A DNA stretch of 63,250 bases, counting the filler, from Octopus bimaculoides (taxonomy: Eukaryota): NCBI RefSeq assembly GCF_001194135.2. It is 4 parts of 4 records of this genome, joined end to end, with 100 filler letters (N's around TTAATTAATTAA, not from the genome) between each part and the next. Parts side by side here need not be neighbours in the genome. Positions count along the whole stretch, not along the records: positions 1 to 16,466 come from NC_068985.1; positions 16,567 to 31,893 come from NC_068993.1; 2 more parts are not named here. The stretch is one strand, 5' to 3'. A program made the translations under genes and the position numbers. The notes beneath the pieces were generated by a model. The model saw only the letters and a list, made by a program, of their open reading frames with translations, searched no databases and was not told the origin of the DNA. How positions within the stretch are numbered: the first letter of the stretch is position 1; each line of letters starts with the position of its first letter. Shown here in pieces: positions 13,065-25,580 of this stretch.

Positions 13065-13461
13065 ACGTCACTTAAGAGAGGGTGAGAGTGATAATTTTCT
13101 TAATATAAGTTCACACCTTATATTAACAATAGAAATTAATCTAATATTGAGGCATACAAACCCCCGAGAAGAGAAAAAAATGGGAATTACTACACGTAGA
13201 AATCGTCATACATAAACCTACGCACATACACCATTATCTCACACCCACAAATAACATGCAATATATATCCTCATTTAATTAATATGCTTTAATTAGGTAT
13301 CAAATGAATTTCATATGTACATTTTGAAGCTTTAGTTAATTTTGCGAGTTACAGCACGTACGGAATTGCAATAAATGGCTTTGATTTCCTGTGCAACTTA
13401 CTTTTGCGATATAACAATGACTTCCGGCATCTAACAGCTTAAGTAAATTAAGTAGAACATT

Positions 13462-13685
13462 AGGCGAAGAGCTGATATGTTCGTTACCGCGCATGAAAAA
13501 ATGCTGAGCGGTATTGTTTCCTATTTTATGTTTTGAGTTCAAATACTGTCGGAGTCGACTTCGTCTTTTATACCTTTGGCGTGATAAAATTCGATAAAAT
13601 AAATTCCAGATGAGCCCGGGGGCAGGAGTAATCAACTTAAAACCTTACCAAATTTGTTGGCCTTGTGCAAAAATTTGCAACCTAA
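13462..13685 (+). mobile_element. SINE family D, diverged
   Basis: GGCGAAGAGCTG...GCTGAGCGGTATT...TTTTGAGTTCAAAT...GTCGACT matches the family D layout. Confidence 0.65.
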
Positions 13686-14067
13686 TTTAAGTAATACATA
13701 CTCGAGATAGAGAGCAATGGAGGTATTTAAATTCAAGTTAGGGATGTCTGAGATATAAGAATACAAGTTTTGTTATATGCGAGTCGGATCTAAAAATGGA
13801 AAACATGATATTTAGAAGTTCACTCAAACAGTGCATAGACTATTCACACTCGACGAATCCGATACATTCTTTATGTAAGTTAAAGGCCGACAAAGCAGCA
13901 TCAGTTATGCCTGGGAATGTTAAAACGATTGCTTCCAAAATGCTTGGTACCTTCTTCAGGCCCATTGCGTGGCACGATAGGCAATTGTCTTCGGCTATAA
14001 CCCAAAACTGACCAAATCGTTTGGAATGGATTTCGCAGAAGGAACGTGAAATAATTCCATCGTACAC

Positions 14068-14124
<57 letters not shown>

Positions 14125-15099
14125 GAGAGAGAGAGAGAGCGGGTAAGATTGTATGTGCTCTGTGTGTGTGTTTGTGTGTGTTTGTATGTTATATAAGCAT
14201 ATGGATATGGTCAGGAATGTGTTAAGTGATCAGTGTCGTACGAATTGGTTTTGCAGAGCAATCCGTGTATGAAAGTGTTACATATAAATCATTTGGATTA
14301 CAGAAGCTGCTTATGAACCATAATGTGAGTTAGAATGTGTCACAGAAACCCGATCACAAAATAGTATGGAATGCGTGAGTGTGTGATTTAGCACGCGGGT
14401 GAGCTGAAAAAGGTGTGGAGAATCGCTAGCATAGAGATGAATCTTTTAATGGGTGCAAGTGAATATACGGACGGACGGTATCTGACAGATTCCAGATATA
14501 GCAATGGTATGTACGGTGTCGTCATTTTGTTGTTTAAAACATTGTAAAAGGAAATTCCTATGTTTGGTGCATGAGGAATTCAACTCTGAGCTAGAATATA
14601 ATAGTTTCATGGATTGCTTAGATATGTTAAAAGTTTCGTTGAAGCGTAGGTAGCACTTGCTACTTAAATAGGACCGGGTTGAAGTCGCTTCAGCTCTACA
14701 CCTCATTCTAAATAATAGCAGCCAAAAATATTCTCATTTCATTATGTTTTAAAAGATCAGTTTCTCTTCTTTCTAAGTAGGTTTTAATGAAATGTTGTCC
14801 ATTGGTGCTGGTATTTGATAATGTACCGTATACCGTCTACGACCAATACGATTCTTATAGGCGCTGTAAGTTCCTCACATTGAATTCATAGTAATAGCTA
14901 AACTGTTTCCATTTTTACCATTAATATTCTGCTGCAATCGTGAGGCTAAAGTTTGAAAAGTATTAATTAAATCTTTTTTTCTGGCAGTCTAACTAGCGTC
15001 AATTTTATTACGTTATTCGTAATCCGAAATCGGTGTACCACCATAATTCTATAATTTAAATGCAGATAACAGATTGTCTAAAATATAGACAGTGCCCTG

Positions 15100-15375
15100 T
15101 CTATTATTCCCCCGTGGTGTTCAATAGGGTTCATACCTGTTGGAAGCTTTTTAATGCCATTCTATTCCAACCAAATCTTGGGTTTTTTAGCCGTGTGTCA
15201 GGGAGCCTTATCTTACATAAATATGCTTCTTTAATCATTTCACCACCGGAAAAGACTGGAAAGAGTCCTTTCTGCAATATGGACACATATTTATATGAGT
15301 TTATGTTAGCCTCACACTCCACTAGCTCTGATCAACCGCTGCTCCAAATTGCTCCCACAGACCATGTTCCTGTTG
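15100..15375 (-). mobile_element. Tc1-family transposase remnant (DDE domain)
   Basis: Minus strand reads V.GAIWSSG*SELVECEANINSYKYVSILQ, then M*DKAP*HTAKKPKIWLE*NGIKKLP..MNPIEH, that is QDxAPCH and PD(L/M)NPIE motifs broken by stops and a deletion. Confidence 0.8.
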
Positions 15376-15631
15376 CGTGTGCAGCCAACGCAACCCAACT
15401 AAGTGAAGATATCCGCTCTTGGCAATTCAGATATGTATTTTTTATATTGTATTTCGAAGTGCAGATTCCAAGAGAATGTATACAGAATATAAATAAGGAA
15501 CAAAGATGTACAGGTACAATTCATTGCATCGACAGATATAACAGAAGGAAACAATGTAAACAGTTTGATTTCCGTTATTGATGTAAATATGTTAAAAAAT
15601 GGTTTATCCTTTAGGTTTGAAGTCTATGGAG

Positions 15632-15672
<41 letters not shown>

Positions 15673-15677
<5 letters not shown>

Positions 15678-16146
15678 TTAAATAATAAGGGTGAATAATT
15701 GAATATAACTTTGATTAATATCAATTTAAAACCAGTGGCCTAGAATATAGAAAAATCTGAAGATTCAGAAAAATTATATTACATACATATAAGAGGGATG
15801 ACCACTAAGTGGACATCCCTTATGCTAGATGTAGACCCCACATGGTCTGACCACTAAGAAAAGATTGTTCTCAAGAAAATTCGGCAAATGCCAGAAGGTA
15901 AGCGAACAAGACAAAGGAAAAGATACAAAATATAACGAATTTTCTTGAGAACAATTTTTCTTAGTGGTCAGACCATATGAGGTCTACACTTAGCATATTG
16001 GATGTATTCCTAGTGGTCATCCCTCTTATATGTATGTAATATAATTTTTGTGAATCTTCAGATTTTTTCAATATGCTAGGCCGCTGGTTTGAATTTTGAA
16101 ATTAATCAAATCAATATAAATGTTTTACCCTTATTATTTAAATTTA
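15673..16146. mobile_element. Foldback/MITE-like element with about 210-bp inverted arms and a 52-bp spacer
   Basis: 15673-15883 is the reverse complement, with scattered mismatches, of 15936-16146. It starts directly after a (TA)n run. Confidence 0.85.
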
Positions 16147-16466
16147 AACAACCATGTTCTCTAACCGGCAGGCTTCGATACAGAGAGTTATTTTCTGCAG
16201 AGTCATTTCCGGATTTGGCACGCCAAAATGAAGACATTTGAAATATACTCCCAAATATAATTGACAGAACTGAATTCAGGTTCTCTTTCTTGTGGACGTC
16301 TCGTGTACAGGTCTGCCAATTATATTTTGTATGACGGTCGCACTGATGATTTGCGGACATTTACGTATATAAATATGCAATTGGTAAGTATGAAACTTGG
16401 TATGTGACTTTGCCGAACTGCTAATGGATAATGGATGTCCACCTAGCGGCCATCCCTAGTATATAT

Positions 16467-16566
16467 NNNNNNNNNNNNNNNNNNNNNNNNNNNNNNNNNN
16501 NNNNNNNNNNTTAATTAATTAANNNNNNNNNNNNNNNNNNNNNNNNNNNNNNNNNNNNNNNNNNNN
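16467..16566. other. Artificial scaffold join: 44 N + TTAATTAATTAA + 44 N
   Basis: The identical 100-bp pattern occurs at 31894-31993 and 47677-47776. Confidence 0.95.
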
Positions 16567-16597
<31 letters not shown>

Positions 16598-17078
16598 GCA
16601 CGCATATATTAATGCTTTACATTAATCTGATCGGTTACTCTTTATTTACGTGGAGTACCAATTTATTATTCTTAAACAAGAATATTATTGGCAGTGATTT
16701 CGAAGTTTCGGTCAGCTAAGCCATCGTCGTCGCGTAAACAAAGAGGTGTGGATTCAAGTCCTACGCCTACGGGAAAACCTATTTTTTTAGTCTTCTTTAG
16801 TCATTGCGCGGTGATCGCTTATTAGCTTTAAGAGTATAAAATACTATTATTATTATTTACAGAATATATACATATACATACATACATACATACATACACA
16901 CACATATATCTGTACGTATATATATAAATGTATGTATGTGTTTGTGTCTTTCCGTTTGCTCTACCATCGTTTGACAACGAGTGATGGTTTGTTTGCATCC
17001 CTGTAACTAATCGGTTCGGCACAAGAGACTGGTCGAATGAGTACCAGATTTATAAAGATGAGAGATAGATAGGGAACG

Positions 17079-17084
<6 letters not shown>

Positions 17085-17171
<87 letters not shown>

Positions 17172-17187
17172 GAGAGAGAGAGAGAGG
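17085..17187. repeat. (GA)n microsatellite
   Basis: Seen directly in the sequence. Confidence 0.97.
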
Positions 17188-17422
17188 GAATGAGAAAAAG
17201 AGTGAGTGCAAATGTGTATATATGTGTGTGAGAGAGAAGAGAGTGCTGGGGGGCGATTTATTAAACTAAACCTTTCAAGGTGGTGCTCTATCATGGCCAG
17301 TCCTAACGTCTGAAACAAGCAAAAAGGTAAAAAACAAAAGGTCAAGCAAAATGAAAAAAAAAAGCAACGTATTTGCTGGTAGATTTGACCAATAAGAACT
17401 GGTTTAGTGTTAACAACAACTA

Positions 17423-18129
17423 TTGGGTTGTCCGGAAAGTTCGTGCCGATTACTCCAGGATCGCTTTCTCTGAACATTTCGGTAGATAATCCATTTCTCA
17501 TCACTTGTCACAATTTGCTTTAAAAAAGTCGCGTTTTCATTTCGTTTATAAAACGAATCACAGATCCAAAAGGTTCTTCTCACTCAACTCATGTGGTACC
17601 CAAACATCGTAGCGATTTGTGTACCCTAGCTTTACTAGGAACTCATGAACGACGGCTTTTGATAGGTTGAGGCTTTCTGCCAATTCTCGGGTTGGACAAT
17701 GTGGGTTATTCTCAATTAATGATTTGATTCGATCATCATCTGTAGTGGATGGTGTACCTGATTGCTCTTTATCAACAAGGCTACAATCTCCAGCTCGGAA
17801 CTTTGTGAGCCACTTCCGTACAGTTCTTTCGGATAAAGAAACATCACCGTAAACGGCGCATATTTCTTTGGTTGCTTGTTGGGCATTGTTCCCTTTACGG
17901 AAAAAGAAAAGCATCAAGTGCTGAAAATGAACTTTCTTATCTTCCATTTTAAAGGGTTACAGAATTAACACAGGTTATAGGAACATAAACCTTCTTCCAC
18001 GAAAAGATAGCTTAAACTGTGCTCTAAATGGAGGTGTAACCAAATCCTATTTTATGAACTCAACCAAGTTCTAAAATAAGTCGAAAGGTAAGCTACTATA
18101 AATCGGCACGAACTTTCCGGACAATCCAA
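17423..18129 (-). mobile_element. Internally deleted mariner element (707 bp) with intact 28-bp TIRs and TA target duplication
   Basis: TIR TTGGGTTGTCCGGAAAGTTCGTGCCGAT at 17423-17450 and its inverse at 18102-18129 (1 mismatch), with TA on both sides. ORF 17558-17947 encodes the HTH region and WVPHEL. A shifted frame continues ICDS...IVTSDEKW. Confidence 0.95.
17558..17947 (-). CDS. Truncated mariner transposase, N-terminal DNA-binding region (129 aa)
   Basis: MEDKKVHFQHLMLFFFRKGNNA...SERTVRKW..KFRAGDCSLVDKEQSG...WVPHELSEKNL. The catalytic domain is absent. Confidence 0.7.
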   Translation of the reverse strand: MEDKKVHFQHLMLFFFRKGNNAQQATKEICAVYGDVSLSERTVRKWLTKFRAGDCSLVDKEQSGTPSTTDDDRIKSLIENNPHCPTRELAESLNLSKAVVHEFLVKLGYTNRYDVWVPHELSEKNLLDL

Positions 18130-18239
18130 TATTATAATACCATCAACAGCAATACCAAGAATTGGAGTAACAACAACCACTATCAGGAATACTAATAGTG
18201 TGCATTATATTATACGCAAATGGCCTGAAATTGTTTGGA

Positions 18240-18415
18240 GAGCTGGTAGTTGATTACACGGGCTCAAATCCTCAACTGGCAATTATTTTATCGACTTCGA
18301 AATAATGAACGGCGAAGTCGACATCGGCGGAATCTGAACTCATAACAGAAAGACGGACGAAATTCCGTCAGAGATTTTGTCCGGTATGCTAACGATTCTG
18401 CCAGCTTGCCGCTTT
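18240..18415 (-). mobile_element. SINE family D
   Basis: AAAGTCGACATCGGCGGAATCTGAACTC...GCTAACGATTCTGCCAGCTTGCCGC matches antisense family D. Confidence 0.75.
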
Positions 18416-18774
18416 CAGGAATACTAACAAGAATAACAACACAAGAATCACAGCAGCAGGTAATGTAATGATTCCAATAAGTGAGCCTCTACGTGGTCAT
18501 TGGACATGCTACAAATAATAGTTAAAGTCTACCTTATTCCACACATTATCGTCTTAAACGAAAGACATAATAGATAATGTAGTCCAGTTTATATTATGCA
18601 TTGGAAGAAAATGAGACGATCATGGGTGGAATGTCTTTGATAATACATCAGCTGGATCAGGAGTGACCTGGGACCATACAAGAAGAGGAGCAGCATAACA
18701 TTAAGAATAAGGTATATCAGTAACGATAATATTGACGGAGCGAATAGAAATAGTAGTGAAATTTCGTTCAAATA

Positions 18775-18812
<38 letters not shown>

Positions 18813-18841
18813 GCTCTCTCTCACACACACATACACACACA

Positions 18842-18903
<62 letters not shown>

Positions 18904-19240
18904 NNNNNNNNNNNNNNNNNNNNNNNNNNNNNNNNNNNNNNNNNNNNNNNNNNNNNNNNNNNNNNNNNNNNNNNNNNNNNNNNNNNNNNNNNNNNNNNNN
19001 NNNNNNNNNNNNNNNNNNNNNNNNNNNNNNNNNNNNNNNNNNNNNNNNNNNNNNNNNNNNNNNNNNNNNNNNNNNNNNNNNNNNNNNNNNNNNNNNNNNN
19101 NNNNNNNNNNNNNNNNNNNNNNNNNNNNNNNNNNNNNNNNNNNNNNNNNNNNNNNNNGTGATTTCGTCCGTCGACGATATAAATATCAGTGTTTTTATGT
19201 ACCACGAGTTCATATGAGAGATTCTCGCTAGGTAAATAAC

Positions 19241-19290
<50 letters not shown>

Positions 19291-19295
19291 ATGTT

Positions 19296-19460
19296 TTTTT
19301 ATTCTTTTATTTATTTAAGTCATTTGACTGCCACCATGCTGGAGCACCGCTTTAGTTGAACAGATCAATCCCAGGACTTATTCTTTGTAACCCCAGTACT
19401 TATTCTATCGGTCTCTTTCGACGTGAATGACCAAAACCATTGCAGACCGAGCTCCAGCGG
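19296..19460 (-). mobile_element. SINE family A, 3' fragment
   Basis: GTCATTTGACTGCCACCATGCTGGAGCACCGC...CTTATTCTATCGGTCTC is shared with 31994-32361. Confidence 0.75.
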
Positions 19461-19811
19461 CGCCACAGTCAAATGACTAAAATCAATAAAATTATGAAAT
19501 ATTAACTGTCCACAACCACAATGTTCGTGCTTGTGTGTATGTATTTGACACAAGACCGTTTTAGAAATAAAAATATGTTGTAACAAATAATAATATGATA
19601 AAAGATTTCGGCTCTCGATATAATTATGGATCAATAAAATATGTATGAAATTATGTGGACTTCGGCGTGCCAGGGGTTTTGTCAACGAATGACTCACCAG
19701 AATTTCTACAAAGTGCACTGAAATTCGATAAAAAAATGTCTCCAACATGATTAAATAATTTTGCAAGGTATGATCGAAAATTGAGGCGATGCCTGTCAAC
19801 AACTCTAAATA

Positions 19812-19938
19812 CAGGGTGTCCACAAGGTCTGGGTACATGGAGTAAATAAAATCATAACATAAACAATTAAATATAAGGAATAATAATTTCTTGAAGTATG
19901 TGTTAATCCCCATGTACCCAGATTTTGTGGACACCCTG
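19812..19938. mobile_element. 127-bp Tc1/mariner-type MITE with 29-bp TIRs and TA flanks
   Basis: CAGGGTGTCCACAAGGTCTGGGTACATGG (19812-19840) pairs with CCATGTACCCAGATTTTGTGGACACCCTG (19910-19938), 2 mismatches. TA is present at 19810-11 and 19939-40. Confidence 0.9.
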
Positions 19939-20199
19939 TATATATATTGAACAAGGGCCAGGGAGGACATCTAACATTCACAAAGCTATTGTTCTGAAGG
20001 ACATGATAGGTTTCATGTGACGAAGAGTAAATATCTCGAATCAATTAAAAGAACAAATAACTGAAAGACGAAGGGTTCAGCGAAGAACGTGATACACAAA
20101 TATCGAAAACAATGTGTTCACATGAAACTGAGAAAGCGGTTTATAATGGCTGCTGTTTGTAATAGTTTTTCAGATACCATTGATTATTAGCATAGTAAC

Positions 20200-20370
20200 T
20201 CTCATTAGTTATGCTGGTGATAGGAATATACAGTATATTAAAGGCATTGAATCTCAGATCATATCGAACACCTCCGGAATGAACTCGAAGCCATGTGTAG
20301 ATGAGACGATGAAAACCAAATGCAATTCAATGCAGTGAAGTTGCAAATACTTCTCTGTAAATCCTGAACA
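20200..20370 (+). mobile_element. Decayed CR1/L2-type RT fragment (YADD region)
   Basis: SYAGD followed by a remnant resembling the N.MQFN..K motif (ATGCAATTCAATGCAGTGAAG). Confidence 0.45.
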
Positions 20371-20382
20371 CAGTACATATGC

Positions 20383-20432
20383 CCACGGGTATATGGCGTA
20401 GTGGTTAAGATCGCGGGCTACTAACCCCAAGA
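20383..20432 (+). mobile_element. Isolated tRNA-like SINE head followed by (TAA)n
   Basis: GGCGTAGTGGTTAAGATCGCGGGCTACTAACCCCAAGAT (A-box plus part of the tRNA body) runs straight into TAA repeats. Confidence 0.55.
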
Positions 20433-20446
20433 TAATAATAATAATA

Positions 20447-20495
<49 letters not shown>

Positions 20496-21032
20496 TAATA
20501 ATAATATCGAAAGATACCTTAGGAATGAGAACCTAGGCTCGAAATTTTTTTATTTTTTCATAGCTCCCATGGTTACCGAGATAATCTACTATGATAATAC
20601 GCTTGTGTTTATGAATGAGAAAGAAAGGGGTGATGGATGATTAAGGAAGGAAGAGGTGATGTCATACTTCGTAGTGGGATGATGAAAATTGTACGCTGAA
20701 AAAAATAAACCAAACAGCGTTTCAACTCTGTGAAAAAATGTGTGTGTATGTAAAGGGGGTATGTGAATGTGTGTGCGTGTGTGCGCGTGTGCGCGCGCAA
20801 TGGAAGTGAGATGGTTCATCTTTGTTCACTTAGTGTTTGGGTTTATTTTTTGATTTGGTTGAATCTTGGTTGTTTTTTGTTGGTCAGTTACTTTTAGCAT
20901 TTTGACAGAAAAAGTCATTCTAAAATTGTTTTTTTAAAGTAAGCATTCCCAAACAAGACGAATGCTTCCACAAAGCAGGTTTTACATCCACATCAGCCAA
21001 ACCGACCGGGTGAAACCGGGCTTAGCTGCTAG

Positions 21033-21069
<37 letters not shown>

Positions 21070-21475
21070 ACATACATACATATATATANNNNNNNNNNNN
21101 NNNNNNNNNNNNNNNNNNNNNNNNNNNNNNNNNNNNNNNNNNNNNNNNNNNNNNNNNNNNNNNNNNNNNNNNNNNNNNNNNNNNNNNNNNNNNNNNNNNN
21201 NNNNNNNNNNNNNNNNNNNNNNNNNNNNNNNNNNNNNNNNNNNNNNNNNNNNNNNNNNNNNNNNNNNNNNNNNNNNNNNTATATATATATATATATATAA
21301 CGGGTGTGTGTGTGCAAAAGTAGGTATACAGTGAATATGACATCAATGTTATAACAATTCATTAAAATTATTAGCACAATAAATTAGTTAACCTCATTTT
21401 TGATATTTTCAGTGTCAGTAATCATAATAATATATCTATCATAACTATAAAAATACTTTTATTGTAACTTTTAAT

Positions 21476-21620
21476 CTACATATATATAAAATTCTTTGTA
21501 TCTCTGTCTGTTCCCAATGCATTCTCAAACAGCTCAACGAAATCAAATCAAATTTTACATGGTAATACTATCACACACCGGGAGTGTCAATATGTAATTT
21601 TTTTGGATTAAAACAATGCA
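21476..21620 (+). mobile_element. Possible non-autonomous Helitron-like 5' end
   Basis: Begins (A)TCTACATATATATAAAATTC...TCTGTCTGTTCC, like the TC 5' terminus of HINE/DINE-type elements. The 3' end was not identified. Confidence 0.35.
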
Positions 21621-22094
21621 ACTTTGGCTCTGGTTCCGTATTATGTCTCAAAACTCGAAGAATAAAAGTGAAACCTTCGACGGAGTAATCGTTATAAGTA
21701 GTTTTACTTTTATATTGTCTAATTTTTAATAGTTTCACTATGTATATACTATCACTATGTATATACTATCACTATGAACAAAATTCGGTATAAATTCATC
21801 TTATAAAATCGAAGAAAACTTTAAATCAAAAATAGCTTATAAAGAAGGACAGAGTCTAAATACCCAGGGTAAATAATTACTTGTAAAAAAACTCTTCGAA
21901 ACGCCAGTGTTTTAATGGTGGCAGCTGATGAAGGATATGTTCTCTATGTGGCCTGCTTGTTTTTTGTACCTTGTTTATCATTTTGTCCATATTTTTTTTG
22001 CAACGTCATGTACCCAGATATGTATCTATATGTACATCTAGATGAAGGTATGTACATACATGTATGTACATATATATGCATATATTCATATATT

Positions 22095-22131
<37 letters not shown>

Positions 22132-22136
<5 letters not shown>

Positions 22137-22312
22137 CTCTTCAGTGCCCTCCCACAAAAATTAAGAAATTTGCATAAGGGGGAAGTAGATGTCTTCAAAA
22201 AGGAACTAGACATCCTCTTCTCCACAATACCGGATAAACCAACAGCCCGAAATGTGGTACAGACGAGGGCAGTGGAATCAAACTCCCTTATACACCAAAT
22301 GTACCAACAGTG
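22132..22312 (+). mobile_element. 3' end of a CR1/L2-group LINE ORF2
   Basis: [36 protein letters not shown]...RAVESNSLIHQ. Confidence 0.75.
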
Positions 22313-22599
22313 CAGACAAATACACATACAGAAAATGTCTGGAATTGTTATTGTACTGACAAAGATAGGACTTACTCCACACTGCATTTTATATTAAATT
22401 TATTTTAATTGATTACATTTCTGACTTTTTTTTACAGAATTAATTACTAAGACAATGAAATTTTTTCTTTAATTTCAAGAAAGCCCAATTTCTTAAATCG
22501 CACTAAATCCAGTTTGTTTGCGCTCACTATGAACCTGTTACTTACATTGAATAATATAATTATAGATACACGTATAGCAATCTACGTATGTATGACTAT

Positions 22600-22870
22600 A
22601 TTAAACATTGGTTCTTATCTCTCTTTTAAAGAAGGTAGAATCAGATTGGTGGGAGAGTCCGCTACCTCATATTACCTGTCCATGTACCTGTCCAAGGTGT
22701 TTTCGCAAGTTTGTCCTAACCATCCGTGCATGTTTTCTGACTTTTAGTTAACCCGTGTTTCATACGTTCTGAGTAATATAAAACTTTATTTTCATCAGTC
22801 CCAAGTTATTCGGGTGGTTGAAAAAATTTGGGAATGAGCATCGTATATGATGCATGGAAACTTAGAAGAT
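22600..22870 (-). mobile_element. Decayed CR1-like LINE 3' end
   Basis: Minus remnant reading FF..RITW... and KTP.DRYMDR resembles the CR1 C-terminus. Confidence 0.4.
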
Positions 22871-23082
22871 ATGTTCTCTGCATCACATGTGATAGATAGG
22901 ACAGGCAAAGCGGTAAACATTCCATGCTTGATATGTAATTTAGTTCTAGGTAAATGCTTATCGACAAACTTCGATGTCTACTGAAAAACTGCATAGAGAA
23001 GGTACTCAAAGTTTCGTTAGGTACCAATAACTCTGTTCTATCTGTCTGTCTGCCTGCCTGCCTGCCTGTTTGTGTGCGTGTG

Positions 23083-23125
<43 letters not shown>

Positions 23126-25336
23126 TTTTTTTTCGATCCCTTTTGATCGATACCACCCCTTTTTTTCCCTTCCTTCCCCCTCCCAAAAAGAAAAGCTCTA
23201 CATTGTATTTGTCCCATCTTCGTTGAGCCCTGTGTGGCTAATANNNNNNNNNNNNNNNNNNNNNNNNNNNNNNNNNNNNNNNNNNNNNNNNNNNNNNNNN
23301 NNNNNNNNNNNNNNNNNNNNNNNNNNNNNNNNNNNNNNNNNNNNNNNNNNNNNNNNNNNNNNNNNNNNNNNNNNNNNNNNNNNNNNNNNNNNNNNNNNNN
23401 NNNNNNNNNNNNNNNNNNNNNNNNNNNNNNNNNNNNNNNNNNNNNNNNNNNNNNNNNNNNNNNNNNNNNNNNNNNNNNNNNNNNNNNNNNNNNNNNNNNN
23501 NNNNNNNNNNNNNNNNNNNNNNNNNNNNNNNNNNNNNNNNNNNNNNNNNNNNNNNNNNNNNNNNNNNNNNNNNNNNNNNNNNNNNNNNNNNNNNNNNNNN
23601 NNNNNNNNNNNNNNNNNNNNNNNNNNNNNNNNNNNNNNNNNNNNNNNNNNNNNNNNNNNNNNNNNNNNNNNNNNNNNNNNNNNNNNNNNNNNNNNNNNNN
23701 NNNNNNNNNNNNNNNNNNNNNNNNNNNNNNNNNNNNNNNNNNNNNNNNNNNNNNNNNNNNNNNNNNNNNNNNNNNNNNNNNNNNNNNNNNNNNNNNNNNN
23801 NNNNNNNNNNNNNNNNNNNNNNNNNNNNNNNNNNNNNNNNNNNNNNNNNNNNNNNNNNNNNNNNNNNNNNNNNNNNNNNNNNNNNNNNNNNNNNNNNNNN
23901 NNNNNNNNNNNNNNNNNNNNNNNNNNNNNNNNNNNNNNNNNNNNNNNNNNNNNNNNNNNNNNNNNNNNNNNNNNNNNNNNNNNTATATGGATATATATTT
24001 TTTTACATGTGTATGTTCGTATACATGTACATACACACATATATGGCGAGAAAATCTTCAAGTGTCATAAATATTTCACTTTGAATATGCGTTATGTATA
24101 TATATGTGGCTGCACGATGTGTGTTTGTGATTACGTCTGTGTGTGTGTATGTGTGTTTGTGTGTTTGTGTGTGCTTGTCCCCACGTGTATGTATGTTTAT
24201 AAATATCTTTGGTAGCGGATATATATATACAAGCATAACATACACACACACATATATAAATATATATACATACATGCATACATACATATACACACACACA
24301 TATATAAATATATATACATACATGCATACATACATATACACACACACACATATATATGCATGTATGTATATAGGTATGCATATATTTGCATCTATATATA
24401 TATATATATGTATGTATGTATTGTAGTTCTCTGTAGTGTTGATTATATTGGTCGTATTGTTGTTGTTGTTGTTATTGTTATTATTATCGACAGTATTGGG
24501 AGAAAAGAAAGAAGCAAAGAAAAAAGGAAAGAAAGAAAGGAAGGAAGAAAGAAAGAGTGTCACGGACACGGTATGGTTTTTAACACTTCTAATACAATTT
24601 TTAAAGCAATTTTATACATTTTCTTTTTATTTCTTTTCATGAAAAATGAATGAATAAACATAACGAAATATAATGAAAAATAGAAGGAAATCGAAGGAGA
24701 GAATGAAATGAAAGAACAAAACAAGAAAATTAAAATAGAAATAAAAAATATAAACTATAAAATTAAAGAAGACGTGAAGACAAGAGACATGAATCACTTA
24801 ATAATAAACGAGCATTGAATTAATTTTGAAACAAAGTTCAACAATATCACATTCAAAAATGGCTGCTTTCAAGAGTAAAATACAAAAGAGAAAACCACAA
24901 AAACAACTGCAAAACAGCTAAAACAAAAATAACAAAATGTCGTTTTTAGAATGATATAAACATCAAACTATGCTAGATGTAACTGGACTAAATTAATGGA
25001 CATTATTTCATCTGAAATTTATTGCTATTTGAAACACAGAGTAAGATTTTTCAAAAATCTTTTAGAATAGAGAGAAATAAATGAATAATTGCCTTTAATT
25101 TCATAATTTGTTTCATTTTTGAATTTTATATTATTGTATATTTATACTTCTCTATATTTTTGCTGTTGTTGTTTGCCATCTTTTTTTTTTGTTTCCTGCG
25201 TGTTATATATGTCATTATATCTTATTATATGACATTATATTCTATAAATTTTGGTAATTTGAAATTATAAGTTTTCTTCTATTAACTTCTTTCTCTCTTT
25301 CGCTCCTTTATTATTATTAACCTTATTATTATCGCT

Positions 25337-25369
<33 letters not shown>

Positions 25370-25539
25370 GTTATTACTATTTCCATTATTACTACTGAAT
25401 ATTTTTCACATATTTTCCGATGAGTGTTATTTATGCATGTGTGTGTGTGCGTATGTATGTATGTATGTATGTATGTATGTATGTATGTATGTATATATAC
25501 ATATGTGTGTATTTACATATATAAATACTTCTATATTGG

Positions 25540-25580
<41 letters not shown>

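Noticed and set aside
15060-15581. 173-aa plus-strand ORF
   Set aside because: It is antisense to the Tc1 remnant and has no recognisable protein features.
21895-21955. Partial hammerhead-like pieces (GAAACGCC then CTGATGA; also CTGATGA at about 9275-9282 and 48865-48872)
   Set aside because: Core boxes are in the wrong order or GAAA and stems are missing, so a full fold cannot be built.
23070-24215. Long ORFs containing X runs (also near 18900, 21100, 25600, 29000, 35200, 41000 and 45500)
   Set aside because: They are open only because N gaps contain no stops.
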